IMG/VR virus record: IMGVR_UViG_3300044641_005368
Coordinates: 1 to 60,889 of that record
DNA length: 60,889 bases
Origin: a virus
Taxonomy: Duplodnaviria > Caudoviricetes
Direction: 5' to 3' (one strand)
A model generated the notes under the pieces. The model was given only the letters and a program-made list of their open reading frames with translations, ran no database searches and was not told the DNA's origin. Below are positions 27,865 to 39,916 of the stretch, in pieces (the stretch's first letter is position 1; each line of letters opens with the position of its first letter). The position numbers were made by a program, and so were the translations under genes.

Positions 27865-29247
27865 TTAACCGACTCCAATCAATGGGTTTTTGTAAACTCG
27901 AATAGTGGGCCAAAAACTTCTATCTGCATCATGTTGCATAACTAAAAATTGATTATTGTTTCCAGTAAACCCTGCCCCAGGCCAAATTGCTCCAAGATCC
28001 CAATTCTGACCTCTTTGAACAGTGCGATTGTAGTAACCATCAATAATGGTTACTTTATAAGTAGTTGGGTTAATTGTAAATTTAAACCAATGACGATCTC
28101 CGCCTGTGGATCCAGAGAGCCAAGTGTCTGGCCCTACTGGAGTTGTGTAATACCCAAAGTCATTTCTAGATATGTCGATCCAGTTGTCTGCACCAGAAAC
28201 ATCAGAGATAACGTTACCAATTCTTACAAGAGTTCTTTCATCCTCAGTAAAAATAATTTGACGCCCATTGGATAAGTCAAAGCCAAACCCATTAAATGGG
28301 CGATCCCAAAGACCACCACAAAAAGCGGTGTCAACAGTACTTGCAATAACTCCAACGTTGTTTATAACATCTAGTCTCTGGTATCCGTTGGCATCTAGTC
28401 TAATTCTAGTTATTCCTAGAGTAGAAGACCCAAAGTAGCCAGCGTTGTATTGACTAATATTAGCCACCGTATAGTGGGTTCTTGCTTCGCCTGCCGCTGC
28501 AGGCGCTCCTGCAACAGCGCTTCCTTTAGTATTACGTACAGTAGTTAAAGTTGTTCCATTGTAGGAAGCAACTAGATCTATGTAACTTTGAGGAGCATCA
28601 TCTGTGTATGCGAGTGGTGCAACGTATGCGGTATTATCGCCGTTTGCCCTTGTCACTCCCATCAGGTAGTTGTCATAACATCTAATAGGTGCACTTGCAG
28701 TGCCATAATTAATAAATTGCGCACCGCTTACTGTGTTGTTAGAAACGGTGCAAGCGCCTAAAGTTCCGCTGGTATAAGATAGGCCAGGACCAGCAAAGTC
28801 ACCAAAGTTAAATAGATAGTTTCCGGACATTCCCCAGCACTGAGTGCTTGAGTTACCGGTGGTAGCCCCTATGTTACCCCAAATTCTAGCTCCAGTACCT
28901 TCGGTAATAGCGCCCGTTGTTTGGTTAACCGTAAAAGGTTTTACATAAACCTCTGTAGAGTATGTCTCCGGTGAAGTTCTTAAAATTGTCCATTGAGATG
29001 AGGCGTATGAAAACTGACCTCCACCGTGGTTAAACAACCTATGGTCTTGAACAGTTCTGGCATGAATACCAGTGTCTAAAGCAAACCCCGTTGCAAGCAT
29101 TGTCTTAGCAGCAACTAAAGCAAAAGGCGAGTCCGCGTATCCATTTGGACCCCACGCACTATCTGGTCTAATGGCTGTACCAAAACCGCGACCAGAAGAG
29201 CGCTTCTTTGTTTTTTCTAGCTCATTAAGAGGAAGTATTCCATCCAT
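27865..29247 (-). CDS. Beta-rich virion protein, paralog B
   Basis: Same shared blocks as paralogs A and C. Confidence 0.75.
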   Translation of the reverse strand: MDGILPLNELEKTKKRSSGRGFGTAIRPDSAWGPNGYADSPFALVAAKTMLATGFALDTGIHARTVQDHRLFNHGGGQFSYASSQWTILRTSPETYSTEVYVKPFTVNQTTGAITEGTGARIWGNIGATTGNSSTQCWGMSGNYLFNFGDFAGPGLSYTSGTLGACTVSNNTVSGAQFINYGTASAPIRCYDNYLMGVTRANGDNTAYVAPLAYTDDAPQSYIDLVASYNGTTLTTVRNTKGSAVAGAPAAAGEARTHYTVANISQYNAGYFGSSTLGITRIRLDANGYQRLDVINNVGVIASTVDTAFCGGLWDRPFNGFGFDLSNGRQIIFTEDERTLVRIGNVISDVSGADNWIDISRNDFGYYTTPVGPDTWLSGSTGGDRHWFKFTINPTTYKVTIIDGYYNRTVQRGQNWDLGAIWPGAGFTGNNNQFLVMQHDADRSFWPTIRVYKNPLIGVG

Positions 29248-30639
29248 TTATCGACCTGCTCTTCCGTGTCGTATCACTCTTATTTTTGCCCTAGTGCAAC
29301 TCTGTCGTTCTCCAGGAGTTACTGTTAAGAAAAATTGTCTGTCAGTTCCAGTCATCATAATACCACCAACGTTATACGCAGCGTTAATTCTGTTTTGGGT
29401 TAACGTGTTCTGATTAATATTAATAGTATCTAGGTACTGGACTTCAAGGGTAGAGGGGTTGATGTAAATTTTAATGTATTCTACAGGGCTAACCACGTTT
29501 GATACCCACCAAGTATCTTGTGCTACTGGAGTAATTGATGTAACGAACGCTCTTCCTGACTGTGGAACAGGGAACCCCGTCGCACCTCTAGCTGTTTCAG
29601 TAACATTTGTGACTTGATACCCCCCTGCAGCTGTTCCAATTCTAGTAACAGTGCCTAATCTATCGTAGATTAAAGTAGTTCCATCAGAGAGTTGAAACCC
29701 TGTACCGTTTTCACCATAATGAACCTGTGGGCTAATCGCGTGGGTGTTTCCATTAACAGTTACTACTGGCGCTAAGACATCATTTAATGATTGAAATCTT
29801 GTTGCTCCAGTAGTAATATTGTACTGTCTCCATCCAACAGTAGCTCCAGCAGTTCCAGCTTCAAAGTTTGCGCTCCACTGCGGCGCTACAGGAGTTGTGT
29901 GATGCCATTGACTGAGCGCGGTCGTATCAGATAGCGCATTTTCTCTAGTCTTAGTAAGCGTAGTTCCGTTATAAGAGTACACCCAGTCATAAGCACCAAT
30001 TTGTGATGCAGATGAGTTGTGCACTCTAGTTCCTGGAGCAAAATATGAAGTATTGCCGTTTGGCCTAGTGCAACTCTGCTCATTATTTTGATTAGAAGAC
30101 GCGTGCGCTAAAGGTGCTCCAACATTATCACGCGCTCCTACAACAACAGACTGTGCTCCTGAAACAACGTTGTTAGACACAGTCCAAGCGGCCATATAAT
30201 GACGCCCAAGATACCCAAAAAACCAACCGTGCGTTCCCGCGTTTCCCCATTGCATAGTGGAGCTTTCTGTTCCAGCAACTGTGTCCAGAATTACTTGAGA
30301 ACCAGTGCCAACAGTGATAGCGCCAGTTGTTTGGTTAATTTGAAAAGGAAGAACGTACAGCTCTGAAGCTGACGGGCTTGCTTGACGATAGTAATTGCAG
30401 GTAGCGTATGAGTACTGGTTTCCTCCATGGAACATAACACGGGAGTAGACGATAGAGTTGATATTTATTCTAAAAGCTGGATTTAACCCAGTAGTGGTAA
30501 CTCTTTGAAAAGCAACTGTTTGGTCTTCAAATTGTGTGTAACCGTATGGGCGCAGGTAATCACTAGGCCTACTTTGAGGCCCCTCTAGAATATTGCCTAG
30601 TTTAGCAATCTCGTTAAGCTTGTAGATATCGTTGGACAA
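29248..30639 (-). CDS. Beta-rich virion protein, paralog A
   Basis: Same shared blocks as paralogs B and C. Confidence 0.75.
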   Translation of the reverse strand: MSNDIYKLNEIAKLGNILEGPQSRPSDYLRPYGYTQFEDQTVAFQRVTTTGLNPAFRININSIVYSRVMFHGGNQYSYATCNYYRQASPSASELYVLPFQINQTTGAITVGTGSQVILDTVAGTESSTMQWGNAGTHGWFFGYLGRHYMAAWTVSNNVVSGAQSVVVGARDNVGAPLAHASSNQNNEQSCTRPNGNTSYFAPGTRVHNSSASQIGAYDWVYSYNGTTLTKTRENALSDTTALSQWHHTTPVAPQWSANFEAGTAGATVGWRQYNITTGATRFQSLNDVLAPVVTVNGNTHAISPQVHYGENGTGFQLSDGTTLIYDRLGTVTRIGTAAGGYQVTNVTETARGATGFPVPQSGRAFVTSITPVAQDTWWVSNVVSPVEYIKIYINPSTLEVQYLDTININQNTLTQNRINAAYNVGGIMMTGTDRQFFLTVTPGERQSCTRAKIRVIRHGRAGR

Positions 30640-30652
30640 CTTCTACTCCTTA

Positions 30653-33250
30653 CTAAGCAGCTGATATAGCAGTAATGTTACCACTTGCGTTAGTAGTTAC
30701 AGTATAGCTGGTAGTGACGGCAGATCCGCCAACTGTAACTACTTCTTGGTACGAGGCGATGTAGCCAGAAGCGTTATAGGTGATGTTTTGAACGGTCTTG
30801 TTAGCTGAGACCTTGTACTTAGTCAGACGGTTTGAGGCATCATAAGTGTAGTCGCCAGAAACAATCGCGGTCTGAGTAATAAGTGAGCGGTCTTGAGCGT
30901 CAACATACGCTTTTGTAGTAGCGTGACCAGAAGTCGTAGGAGTTGCTACAGTGGCAGTACCGGTTACTGAAAGTGTTCCAGTAAAGGTACCATTTCCAGC
31001 CCTGATAGCGGCATCTGTCAAACCAGCTTCTGAGAAGTTTACAGTTGTAGCTGGCTTAGTAACAGCGCCTTGGAAGAACTTAATTACCTGGTCTGTAGCA
31101 TCACGTGCAACACCGTCGTAGACTCTGCGAGCGCTTACGCTTGCTGAACCTGTTGGGGACACTGCTGTTGATGATACGTTTGAGGCTGTCTTAGCATATG
31201 TAAAAGTAGTAGTTAGTGGCACATCAATAATTGAATAAGTACCGTTAAAGGTAGCGTCTACGCCAGAAACAACAACTACGTCACCCGCACGGTATCCGTG
31301 AGCAGAGCTTGTAGTAAGAGTTGCTACGTTTGACGCAAGAGCTTTATTAGTAATTGTTGCAGTAATAGCTGTTACAGGAACTGTGTGCTCTGTAATAAAT
31401 CCAAGGTCTACAGCGTCTCCCTGGTTTCCAGCACCTACGAACACGAATGGGTCAACAACTGCAAGGTTGCTTGTTTCTACAGTAGTTCCAGAACCACCGA
31501 AAGTAATAGTACCAACAACGTTGACATCACCTTGGATATTCATATCACCCTGAATACCAACGCCACCAACTACAGTTAAAGCACCAGTAGATGGGCTTGT
31601 AGAGGGTGTAGGGATTTCAATGTGTACGTTTACTCCAGGTGTGATTTCCATCTGGGTATCACCAGAAGCAAAGCCTCCAGCGGCAAATACGATCTTATTT
31701 TCAGACCCTTCTCCGCCAGTTGCAAACACCATGTTACCTGTATAGGTGTCATCAATAGCGTTGTGGAAAATGTATCCATCGCCTGGGGCTGTAATTCCAT
31801 ATGTAGTGTCATCAAAGTTTGAGCCAGCAATACCCATGCCCATCCAACCATAGGTATCATCGCCATTATCCATGTAAGCAATGATGTCCGTAGAAGATGT
31901 TGCAGTTGAGTTACGGAAGGCTACTTGACCAAATGAAGCTTCGCCGCTTTCTACAGTAAATACTGCGGCAGGAGAGGTTAAATCTCCCTCAGTATTTCCA
32001 GCAAAAGCTTCTGAATCAGCGCCAATGTAGGCGATGCCATCATTTGTAAGAGTACCTGTGTTAGCAAAATCGCCATCCATATTTAGGTTAGCGCCGATAC
32101 CAACACCGCCTGCTACTACAAGTGCACCAGTGGTGTGGCTTGTAGAAGCAGTTGTAATAATGATATCTACAACTTCATTAGGAGTAATCTCCATCTGAGA
32201 GGTTCCGCTAGCAAAACCTCCGGCGGCAAAAACAATCTTATTTCTAAGACCAGTTTCATCAGTTGCAAATACTAAATTACCGTCGCCTGAAGGCTTGTAA
32301 GTTGTTCCAGCAGGAGTTACAGGAGTTGCCTCTATAGTGCCTGCGGATGTAACAAATCTAAATGTAAGAGGAGATGGAACAAGTGAGACAGTTCTAATGC
32401 CGTCAAAGCCTGCTCCAACGCCTTCAACTATAATTTCATCGCCCGCTGTATATCCGTGGGCAGTAGATGTAGTTAGGGTAGCTGAACCTGAAGCTACAAG
32501 CTTTGTGGTAACACTAAACTGTGTTGTACGAGGGGCTGACATAAAAATGTAGCCATCATGCGGACCGGTAATACCAAAAGTAGCAGCGTCAAAGTCGTTG
32601 CTTGTGATACCTACATCGATCCAACCAGAATCATTAGTTCCATCAGCTGTGTAAACAATTAAATCTGTAGATGCGTTTGCACCGTTTGATCCATTTACTA
32701 CAACTAGTTGACCGAAGTCAGTTGTAGAGGATGAGAACACTCCCATTACATCTGTAAGTTCAGCAGCGGTTTCAAATGTGAGAGCGGCTTGTCCTTGAGA
32801 GTTTCCAATGTAAGTCTTTGATAAGTAAAGTGTGCTTGCCCAACTTGTTGTAGTTCCGTTTGTAGCAAGAACTTTATTAGTATTGCCTGTTTGGCTTGGA
32901 AGACCAGCTTGTCCTAAAGCAATAACCTGTAGGTTTGCGTTTCCTGATGCAACACCTGAAGAAGCAGTGTGTTGAGTAATAACAATATAAGTGTTTGTAC
33001 CGTCAGTAACAATATCGTTTACATAGTAAAGAGTTCCGTTAGTGTACGTGCCGCGATAATCAATACCTTCAGTAGCCAGGGTCCACTTAGTTGCGTTAGT
33101 AGGTACTACGTTGGTTGCGGCTTCAGACGCTGTGAAAGCGTATAGGTTAGGGCCGTACTTAACTAAGTCATTGTAGGAGTACTCAGTTGAGCTTGAGTAT
33201 GTTCCTGCCCAGTTAAAGCGAATCTTTCCCAGATCAATAATCTGAGCCAT
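30653..33250 (-). CDS. Long tail fibre/spike with internal duplication
   Basis: IDLGKIRFNWAGTY...Y..ND.V N-terminus; duplicated STD.I.Y...GW...GI....FD...GIT.P.DGYIF...NKIVFAAGGFASG..QMEITP module; HATTKAYVD. Confidence 0.8.
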   Translation of the reverse strand: MAQIIDLGKIRFNWAGTYSSSTEYSYNDLVKYGPNLYAFTASEAATNVVPTNATKWTLATEGIDYRGTYTNGTLYYVNDIVTDGTNTYIVITQHTASSGVASGNANLQVIALGQAGLPSQTGNTNKVLATNGTTTSWASTLYLSKTYIGNSQGQAALTFETAAELTDVMGVFSSSTTDFGQLVVVNGSNGANASTDLIVYTADGTNDSGWIDVGITSNDFDAATFGITGPHDGYIFMSAPRTTQFSVTTKLVASGSATLTTSTAHGYTAGDEIIVEGVGAGFDGIRTVSLVPSPLTFRFVTSAGTIEATPVTPAGTTYKPSGDGNLVFATDETGLRNKIVFAAGGFASGTSQMEITPNEVVDIIITTASTSHTTGALVVAGGVGIGANLNMDGDFANTGTLTNDGIAYIGADSEAFAGNTEGDLTSPAAVFTVESGEASFGQVAFRNSTATSSTDIIAYMDNGDDTYGWMGMGIAGSNFDDTTYGITAPGDGYIFHNAIDDTYTGNMVFATGGEGSENKIVFAAGGFASGDTQMEITPGVNVHIEIPTPSTSPSTGALTVVGGVGIQGDMNIQGDVNVVGTITFGGSGTTVETSNLAVVDPFVFVGAGNQGDAVDLGFITEHTVPVTAITATITNKALASNVATLTTSSAHGYRAGDVVVVSGVDATFNGTYSIIDVPLTTTFTYAKTASNVSSTAVSPTGSASVSARRVYDGVARDATDQVIKFFQGAVTKPATTVNFSEAGLTDAAIRAGNGTFTGTLSVTGTATVATPTTSGHATTKAYVDAQDRSLITQTAIVSGDYTYDASNRLTKYKVSANKTVQNITYNASGYIASYQEVVTVGGSAVTTSYTVTTNASGNITAISAA

Positions 33251-33507
33251 TATAATACCTCCATTAACAAGCGGCCACCAGTTCCCCAGCTAAAGATTAG
33301 AGTGTTATAACTCCAAACCCAGCTTCTGTAATCATTTGAAAGAGTTACAAATTCGTCTGGCAAACTGATTGGTTCGTCTCCAAGAATTCTATCGATAACT
33401 GCCGCACTAGTCTGCGTATTCTGCTTAACACCATAAAAAGCTTGGTCAACGATATCCTCCAGGGTTCCTGAAGGCCCATATGAGACCGTTGTAGAGGCTG
33501 CTGGCAC
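33250..33507 (-). CDS. Hypothetical virion-associated protein
   Basis: Coupled ORF in the fibre operon, ending GRLLMEVL. Confidence 0.65.
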   Translation of the reverse strand: MPAASTTVSYGPSGTLEDIVDQAFYGVKQNTQTSAAVIDRILGDEPISLPDEFVTLSNDYRSWVWSYNTLIFSWGTGGRLLMEVL

Positions 33508-33932
33508 TACTTAACTCCTTCTGTAAGGTTAAGGGTAACGTTTACTACATCTTCTATAGGACAGCTGGCTTTTACTACGTCACCAGTCTGTAGTACAAAC
33601 TCTGTAGCCACTTTGTATAGGTTGACTTCAGGATCCGCTACATCATTTACGCGGGCATCACCAGAAACTAAAGGCAATACTAGGTACTTATTTGTTAGAA
33701 CACGTGCTGAAGTCAATAAAAAAGTAGAGGTGTTCACAGCCCTGTAAACATAAAGCTTTATAGGTAGGATTGTTCCATATGTGTTAGTTGCTAAAACTGA
33801 GTTGACTTTAGTTTTAGAGGTAGCAGTAAATAGAGTAGTTGCACTAGGGTCTTTATCCGTGACTTGAACTGTTACGCTTTTAGCAGTGCCTGTCTCCGCT
33901 ACTGTACCAACTGGGTACGCATATCCTGGCAT
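33507..33932 (-). CDS. Hypothetical beta-sandwich virion protein
   Basis: TTLFTA...VNSVLATN...VLQTGDVV pattern; RBS AGGAG. Confidence 0.65.
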   Translation of the reverse strand: MPGYAYPVGTVAETGTAKSVTVQVTDKDPSATTLFTATSKTKVNSVLATNTYGTILPIKLYVYRAVNTSTFLLTSARVLTNKYLVLPLVSGDARVNDVADPEVNLYKVATEFVLQTGDVVKASCPIEDVVNVTLNLTEGVK

Positions 33933-33993
33933 CTACACTCCTACTCCAAGGTGTTTTAATTAAGTTTACCCCAGAGAAGATTTGCTGTATGGG

Positions 33994-34434
33994 CTATTGT
34001 TCGGGTAAACGAGGGAAAGATTGAAGCTCTTTTATTGTAGCCTCCCAAGAGACTTCGATGGGTTCGGCGTAGTTAATGTCGTAGTCATTGATAGGGGCAG
34101 GTTTGAAAAGTAAAGCGTTCATACCGGATGCGGCAACCTTAGAAACAAGGCCTGGGTCTGCTGTAATCACGCAATCAACTGGCCCACAACTTTGTAGGTA
34201 CTCAACCCTTCTATAGTCGGGGTCATCCTTAGGAGACGGCAGGTTATAGTCCAACAATTCATGGGATTTATATACGTTGTTTAGCCTCAACCACATATCT
34301 GTTTCATTGTAGTCGCTGCATAGAAGAATTACTTTTCTACGGTCTTTTAGAGCCTCCATAAGCTTAAACCCATAAGGTATAGGTCGCCTACGAGTGTCTC
34401 TTAGTACCCCATCTACGTGCATTAATATAGCCAT
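33994..34434 (-). CDS. HAD-like protein with degenerate motif I
   Basis: ILMHVDGVL where DxDGxL is expected; VILLCS and VITADP. Confidence 0.55.
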   Translation of the reverse strand: MAILMHVDGVLRDTRRRPIPYGFKLMEALKDRRKVILLCSDYNETDMWLRLNNVYKSHELLDYNLPSPKDDPDYRRVEYLQSCGPVDCVITADPGLVSKVAASGMNALLFKPAPINDYDINYAEPIEVSWEATIKELQSFPRLPEQ

Positions 34435-34446
34435 AGGGCCAGTCTA

Positions 34447-34770
34447 CTATGCTTGTTCAATTCCTTGTACAAAATAACGGACGCCACCAGAGCCTGCAAC
34501 TACAATCACATCTGTGTTATCCATACCAAACCGAAATGTTTCATAGCTGTTGTAGGCGGGGAGAGGCAGCTTGTGAGCAATCAAGGCTCCTGCGGACTCT
34601 GTACCAGCAGACGTTTTTAATGTTACATAGATTTCAGCATCTGTTGCGGTTGTATTAGTAGCAATTACAGAAACTAAAAAGTTGCCTGTCGCAGTATAGA
34701 CAGTGTTTCCAGAGCCAAAAGCTGCTGAAGTTGTTTGGTCATAAATAGCTAATCTTTCTATACCTGCCAC
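34447..34770 (-). CDS. Hypothetical beta-sandwich virion protein
   Basis: TVYTA...IATN...FRFGMDNTDVIVV...GIE pattern, similar in style to 33507..33932. Confidence 0.65.
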   Translation of the reverse strand: MAGIERLAIYDQTTSAAFGSGNTVYTATGNFLVSVIATNTTATDAEIYVTLKTSAGTESAGALIAHKLPLPAYNSYETFRFGMDNTDVIVVAGSGGVRYFVQGIEQA

Positions 34771-34771
34771 A

Positions 34772-36405
<1,634 letters not shown>

Positions 36406-36406
<1 letters not shown>

Positions 36407-37464
36407 TAATCAACCGTCACTTGTTGAGTTACGAACACCTGGCCCTTTACATATGTCTTTTGGAAGTCAGGGTCTACTGTAGATGTAGCTTGTAGATCCC
36501 AAAATGCGCGAGCTGGTAAGTAAGCTGTCTGAGCCTTAGTAAGTTTCAATCGAATTTGACCTAAAGAGTTGTTTACAATCTCTACTTCAAAAGTAGCATA
36601 AAGAGCAGGCGCATTTGGATATGTTCTAATTTGCGCTTTAAATACCAGGTTAGTTGTGTCAACTGGGAAGTCAAGAACTACAGAGTAGCTATCGCCCTGG
36701 TAAAGAATAAGATCGTATGTAGCCGCAGTTGTTGGAGCTGGAGTTCTTCCAAGCATGTCGTTCTGAATATAGACGCGCTCCGGTTTTCTTGGATCGTCTG
36801 ACTCTTGTGGCATGTAGACAGGAATAAGTTTATTAGTGCGCTTTGAAACACGGCGAAGTGTTCCGATTTCTAGTCGCCATAGGCCGATATTGAGCGCAGA
36901 GCACAGCTCTTTATATTGCATTTGGCGCTGTTGAATCATGTTAGAAAGCTGATGGAAACGCTCAGAACGTGGAATGGTCACACCGTCTGGGGCGAAAATG
37001 TTTATGTCGAACGAGGCGTCTGTAGCCAAAGCCCATAGGGCCTCAATCGTTGACAAAATTACTAGAGGGTACTCCTCCACTGCTGGGATTTTAGCAAGCG
37101 TGACTTGATTGCCATACCCATCAGTCCTGTTATAGGTATGCTGCTCAACCGCAGTATTAATAAAAGTAGTTAAATCTGTATCTGTAAAGTACCGAAAATG
37201 CGATCCCTGTACTCGGATAGCAGAGTTATTAGCTGGAGCATTTACAAAGTGAATCATGCCCAAATCAGCCTCTAGGGTGTACCCAGTCGGGTTAGCAACT
37301 GGCGTTCCGTTTACAGTAACTACTAAGCTGTCTACGTCTAGAGGCTTAACTTTTACGTAATAATCTTTAGTAGAACCGTCGCCGGTCTCAGTAAACGTGA
37401 ATTGTTTAGGAGCGTCTCCAAGTTCAAGACGGGTTCTAGACAACAAATCAGCTAGTACGGCCAC
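36406..37464 (-). CDS. Head-tail adaptor (neck) with accessory domains
   Basis: [11 protein letters not shown]...YFTDTDL adaptor pattern; C-terminal LYQGDSY...AQIR...WDLQ domain; follows the capsid genes. Confidence 0.7.
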
Positions 37465-37490
37465 TCACTGCTCCTAACATTACCCTTACA

Positions 37491-37519
37491 ATGGTAAGTG
37501 ACATGAAATAAAAAGTCTT
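37491..37519 (-). promoter_or_regulatory. Putative promoter for the neck/fibre operon
   Basis: AAGACT-N17-TACCAT just downstream of a terminator. Confidence 0.45.
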
Positions 37520-37531
37520 TACAAACGAAGA

Positions 37532-37551
37532 AGCGGGCACGAATGCCCGCT
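37532..37551 (-). terminator. Intrinsic terminator after the capsid operon
   Basis: AGCGGGCA-TTCG-TGCCCGCT then TCTTCGTTT. Confidence 0.75.
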
Positions 37552-37570
37552 CCGCCGCTTAAATTAATGC

Positions 37571-37936
37571 CTAGATAACTCCAGCTAGGTAGCCTTTTTC
37601 CTCTAGGTGTTGGGCAACTGAGCGAGTTACTGAATACTTTTGACCAGCTTTGAAGCTGTAATTGTTTCCTGCGCCAAGAGTCATATTTTCAATGTCTTCC
37701 ATAACGCGGATAACTACAGTCTCATCTTGCTTGCCAACCTGAATTGGGTCATCCACAATAACTGTCTGACGATCAGGAACAGTAGCGTCAATAACTTCTG
37801 TTTCGAGTCTAATCTGGGCTTCGGCGGTAGCCATGCTCATTCTTGATGCGCTTTCAGCTAGTGCTTCTGCATTAGCTTGTAGCGCTTCCTCACGGGCACG
37901 TCCTGTGACGTCCGTAGGCTTTACTTTACTTGCCAT
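37571..37936 (-). CDS. Hypothetical head-associated protein
   Basis: Directly after the major capsid gene; YSFKAGQKYSV..VAQHLEEKGY. Confidence 0.7.
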   Translation of the reverse strand: MASKVKPTDVTGRAREEALQANAEALAESASRMSMATAEAQIRLETEVIDATVPDRQTVIVDDPIQVGKQDETVVIRVMEDIENMTLGAGNNYSFKAGQKYSVTRSVAQHLEEKGYLAGVI

Positions 37937-37971
37937 TTGTATTCTCCTAATTAATGACTGTGAATTGGTGA

Positions 37972-37995
37972 TTGGGGGCCCCGAAGGGCCCCCAA
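37972..37995 (-). terminator. Strong hairpin after the capsid gene (stabiliser or attenuator)
   Basis: TTGGGGGCCC-TTCG-GGGCCCCCAA with no U-tract. Confidence 0.6.
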
Positions 37996-38008
37996 CCTAT
38001 TAAGTTTT

Positions 38009-39079
38009 TTAGTTGGTTTCTGCAACAACAACAGCCTGGTCAGTGATAAGACCAAGACCGAAGATTGAGTACCAAGCAAGAGCGTGCTCACGACCGAAGT
38101 CAAGAATACCGCCGTCACGAAGTTCAACAGGAAGTGAAATAGCGTGACCGAATGCGTTGTCTCCGATGAAGAGTGCTGCATAACGATCTGCTGCTCCGTT
38201 ACCTGTCTTTGTAGCAGGAGTGATGTAACCTCCGCCAGGTGTAACTGTTGGGTTAGCAACAGTTGTGTCAGCTGAGTAGCCTGCGCCAGCTCCGCCAGCA
38301 ACCTTTAGAACCTGTGTTGTTTCGATGAATACGCAGTCGTATAGACGACCGATTTCACCTAGCATGAAGTTTCCTGGAGCTGCGTACTTTGTAACTTCAA
38401 TGAACTCAGGCATGTCGCGTAGGCGGCGTGACTGGTGTGGGTGAACAAACGCTACGTAGGTCTCGCCTAGGCGTGGGATGTTCTTGGTTGAGAGTGTCTC
38501 AACTGCGTCCTTGACTGTGTGTGGTGTCAAGTGGAAGTTACCTGTCATCGATGCACGTGAAGAACCTGTAGTTCCGTATGCGTACCAGTTGTTGACAGCT
38601 GTTAGCGCTGAGCGATCTTCACCGTAGATGGTTGAAGTTGCTGCGTATAGTGTGTCGCGTGAAAGCTGATCTAGGTAGACAGCCATGTTACGACCTAGAA
38701 GACGTGAAGCAGAAGCCATCACGTCATCGAAAGATGCGTTTAGAAGTAGCTCTGAAACAGCAAGAGCATAACCATGCTCAGATACTGTGATTGAGAACTG
38801 TTGCGCTGTTAGCGCGTTTGTCTGCATACGTACACCTTCAACAAGGCCGCTTGCGAAGCCAAGGTTGTTGTAACGCATGAAGTTAATCTGTAGACCAGGT
38901 GCAACACCTAGTTCTGTCTTCTTTACTGCAAACTGCTCAAAGCGAAGGATAGGCATTGCCTGGAAAAGGATTTCCTTTGACCAGATTGTCTGAATCGCTT
39001 GAGTCAGCTGTGTGTTTGTACCTGAGTACGCTGTAGGTGCTGCGGCTAAATTGCCGGTACCTGTAATACCAGATGCCAT
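38009..39079 (-). CDS. Major capsid protein, N4-gp56 family
   Basis: LVEGV, EHGYALAVSE, YVAFVHP, GEIGRLYDCVFIET and FIGDNAFG motifs; strong codon bias. Confidence 0.93.
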   Translation of the reverse strand: MASGITGTGNLAAAPTAYSGTNTQLTQAIQTIWSKEILFQAMPILRFEQFAVKKTELGVAPGLQINFMRYNNLGFASGLVEGVRMQTNALTAQQFSITVSEHGYALAVSELLLNASFDDVMASASRLLGRNMAVYLDQLSRDTLYAATSTIYGEDRSALTAVNNWYAYGTTGSSRASMTGNFHLTPHTVKDAVETLSTKNIPRLGETYVAFVHPHQSRRLRDMPEFIEVTKYAAPGNFMLGEIGRLYDCVFIETTQVLKVAGGAGAGYSADTTVANPTVTPGGGYITPATKTGNGAADRYAALFIGDNAFGHAISLPVELRDGGILDFGREHALAWYSIFGLGLITDQAVVVAETN

Positions 39080-39121
39080 TATTTATTGACTCCTTGTTTA
39101 TTGGGATATGGGATTTTGGGT

Positions 39122-39916
39122 TTAACCGAATAAGCCGCGGGTCTGTCCTTGAGCTTTAGGGCTCAAAAGTCGACTCCTATATTTAGCGTAATCATTCATC
39201 GGCATGGCTGCAATTTCTTCAGCCGTAAACTGTCGTTGCTCCGTATTAGTTTCCAAAGGTCCGGCGGGAGGAGTTGTGATACTCGTCCCTTTCATTTCTC
39301 TCCGTGCGTTCTGCATTGCAGACTGCGCGGATTCTAGAATTTTTGCTGAACGTTCTCTCAAACCTGCAATACTTGCGTCAATCTCTTCGCGGGTGTTTCC
39401 GCTAACTAGATCGAGAAGTTCAGGAATGATAGTTTCGCGCTCAGTTTCAAGCGTTTGCTGGCGGTACGCCTGCAAATCTGCAAAAGACTTTTCGCGCTCC
39501 AGAAGAGCGAAGGCACGTTCACGTTCTTGGCGCTCACGTTCCAACTGCTCCTTCCACTCGCTCTCTTTCTTTAGTAGGAGGTCCTTAGCGGACATCTCTC
39601 CTTCTTCTAAAGACTTAAGACGTTCTGCTTCTGCTCTTTCAGCTTCAGCACGACGAGCGTTTTCCTCTTCTTTTTCTTTCTTAATAGAAGCAAGCTCTTC
39701 CTTCAGAGATTCAATCTGAGGGTATAGCTTCTCCTTCTCCTGAGAGCGAACCTTTGCTAAATCTTCATCTGTGTAAAACTTATTAAGATTTACAGCTGTT
39801 GAATTAGTAGTGTTCGCAGTAGTAACAGCCGGAGCGTCAACGCCCGACACGTTTACAACTGGAGCTGTTCCGGCTTCGCCTGCAAAGGCTGCTGCCATGT
39901 TTTCTGCAGTTTCCAT
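39122..39916 (-). CDS. Scaffolding protein
   Basis: Coiled-coil; KFYTDEDLAKVR; C-terminal FTAEEIAAMPMNDYAKYR; lies between portal and capsid genes. Confidence 0.88.
   Translation of the reverse strand: METAENMAAAFAGEAGTAPVVNVSGVDAPAVTTANTTNSTAVNLNKFYTDEDLAKVRSQEKEKLYPQIESLKEELASIKKEKEEENARRAEAERAEAERLKSLEEGEMSAKDLLLKKESEWKEQLERERQERERAFALLEREKSFADLQAYRQQTLETERETIIPELLDLVSGNTREEIDASIAGLRERSAKILESAQSAMQNARREMKGTSITTPPAGPLETNTEQRQFTAEEIAAMPMNDYAKYRSRLLSPKAQGQTRGLFG

Noticed and set aside
26553-33250. Diversity-generating retroelement or invertible fibre cassette
   Set aside because: No reverse transcriptase or recombinase, and I saw no near-identical TR/VR pair; the paralogs are old and all on one strand.
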